Assembly: GCA_963845755.1 (NCBI GenBank)
Contig: CAWJTV010000011.1
Coordinates: 672,001-736,000, forward strand
DNA length: 64,000 nucleotides
Direction: 5' to 3'
Origin: an uncultured Planctomycetota bacterium
GTDB taxonomy: Bacteria > Planctomycetota > Planctomycetia > Isosphaerales > Isosphaeraceae
The first letter of the stretch is position 1, and every line of letters begins with the position of its first letter. Of the stretch, positions 63,501-64,000 are shown piece after piece. Below the pieces are notes generated by a model. It saw only the letters and a list, made by a program, of their open reading frames with translations, was not told the origin of the DNA and searched no databases. A program made the translations under genes and the position numbers.

Positions 63501-64000
63501 TTGGCGCACAGGATCGCCTGGCGGAGCGACCCGGTGCCGCTGTCGTCCGTGTTGGTGACGATCAAGATGTGACCCATGATCAGGTCGAGCGAGAACTCGG
63601 AGGTGTTCCCCGAGGGATCGGTCGCCGTGGCATCGAGGAACGTCCCATCGGGGATGTCCGACGGCACGTCGATGCTGAAGGTGACATGGCCGTTGGCGTC
63701 GGCTGGCGGTGTTGTCATCGTGCCGAGGAGGGTCTGACCGGGCCCCGAGCCGTCGAAGCAGCAGGTATCGTTCGAGTACAACTGCACGGTGAAGGCGGCA
63801 TTCGGAGTACTGTCGATCGTCCCCACGACCGTCGTGCTGCCGCCGGATCGCGAGGCCGAGGTCAGCACCGGCGCGGCCTGGGAATTGTTGCCTCCCGCGA
63901 CGTTGCTCTCCACGAGGTGGGTGGGGTCCGCCAGCAGGATAGCGTTCCCGTAGTTGCCGACGAAGATGGTATTGCTGAGGATCGTGTTGTTGGTGCTCTC
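60593..64000 (-). CDS. Large surface protein with beta-helix segments and three DUF11 repeats; 5' end outside the window
   Basis: VTNTDDSGTGSLRQAI, NLIEGDFIGTD, ARNIISGN, ATATDPSGNTSEFS; three ADL..TVTNHGP..V.DTLPAGVTFVSA modules. Confidence 0.88.
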   Translation of the reverse strand, partial: ESTNNTILSNTIFVGNYGNAILLADPTHLVESNVAGGNNSQAAPVLTSASRSGGSTTVVGTIDSTPNAAFTVQLYSNDTCCFDGSGPGQTLLGTMTTPPADANGHVTFSIDVPSDIPDGTFLDATATDPSGNTSEFSLDLIMGHILIVTNTDDSGTGSLRQAILCANTVPGTDTIAFNIPGSGVQTIDLASALPTITDPVIIDGYTQPGASPNTQTNGDNAVRLIELDGVGYGLQITAGNSVVRGLVINRSVYSGVGIRLSGNGGNLIEGDFIGTDASGSTAQPNFGDDGVLINQSSNNTIGGTTPAARNIISGNGGDGIEISGTAANTSSNLVQGNLIGTTASGAALGNGVNGIGINGSGNTVGGSAAGAGNVIAYSQFAGIGVSSSQGTSILSNTITNNQRDGVLVGSGGQGTSILSNSLFDNSYLGISLGNGISPTPNDPGDSDTGPNGLQNDPVITSATIVGDSTTIVGTLNSTPNSTFHIEFFGNGTADSSARGVGQTLLGSIDVPTDPSGNGSFTVPFTGTPNFVAATATDPSGNTSEYSATVATTTEQAPSADLTIAVTAAPDPLTLGDGHLTYGLTVTNHGPNPAQDVTVTDTLPAGVTFVSATGGVTPVNGTLTFALGTLADGAQTTVTIVVTPTATGTFTDSASVSGSVTDPDTSNNSDSRAATVQAPTAPPTPSADLSVAVSAAPDPLTLGGNLTETVTVTNHGPDAAQDVTVADTLPAGVTFVSAPGGVTPANGTLTFALGTLANGAQTTLTIVVTPTSAGTLTDSASISGSVADPDTSNNSTSRETTIQAPPPTKVPDLSVSIAEAPETVKVGQELTYTITVTNSDAAAATQVTLTDTLPPGVDFVRATGNVAPVDGVLTFNLGQVSEDAHTVLTVVVTPRTAGSITTTAQVGAAETESNTVKNTATRTDAVAASSSTSTSTTSSSPNSSGSPSVVDGPTVVRVRRFGFHAQPTWFVINFSGALDSARAANRANYVIRDPRAGRRADPPIAIESVIYDPSTEVVMVHTKSRLNLHRPYRLVILGSGPHGLTDRSGKLIDGDQDGRPGGDYVGRIAGKMLAGRADVNGPIFGSRTPKVKSNRAVHSGSGDPVQGTRQATPGRVSPAARAVDALLERGPLDRVR

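Overview
GC-rich 64-kb bacterial chromosome segment, most likely from a planctomycete of the Isosphaeraceae type. Support: a 'LEPLESRVVLS' extracellular-protein leader, a DUF1592/DUF1552 pair, a planctomycete-type lipoprotein and heptamer repeats. Core and housekeeping content: sodC, a uxuA-like gene, a heavy-metal-type RND efflux locus with a two-component system and TolC, an rmlC-like gene, argH, lysA, a sigma-54 activator, an orphan DNA methyltransferase and two large surface proteins. Conflict and mobile content: three type II TA pairs, a nucleotidyltransferase pair, an IS4 element, an ISAzo13 element, an IS4-type MITE, REP-like palindromes, a DUF4365 operon inside a 5.3-kb segment bounded by a duplicated efflux-gene 3' end, and a decayed HD-domain/HSP90-type ATPase gene. 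The best candidate for an undescribed system is a coupled three-gene operon at 2793-8262 (- strand): a DUF559-like nuclease, an unknown protein, and a ~1070-aa protein with two P-loop ATPase domains (AAA-like plus HerA/FtsK-like). Many genes, including lysA, carry single-base frameshifts, so most breaks are probably long-read indel errors. No rRNA, tRNA or CRISPR array was seen. Family assignments come from motif recognition by eye, not from database searches.
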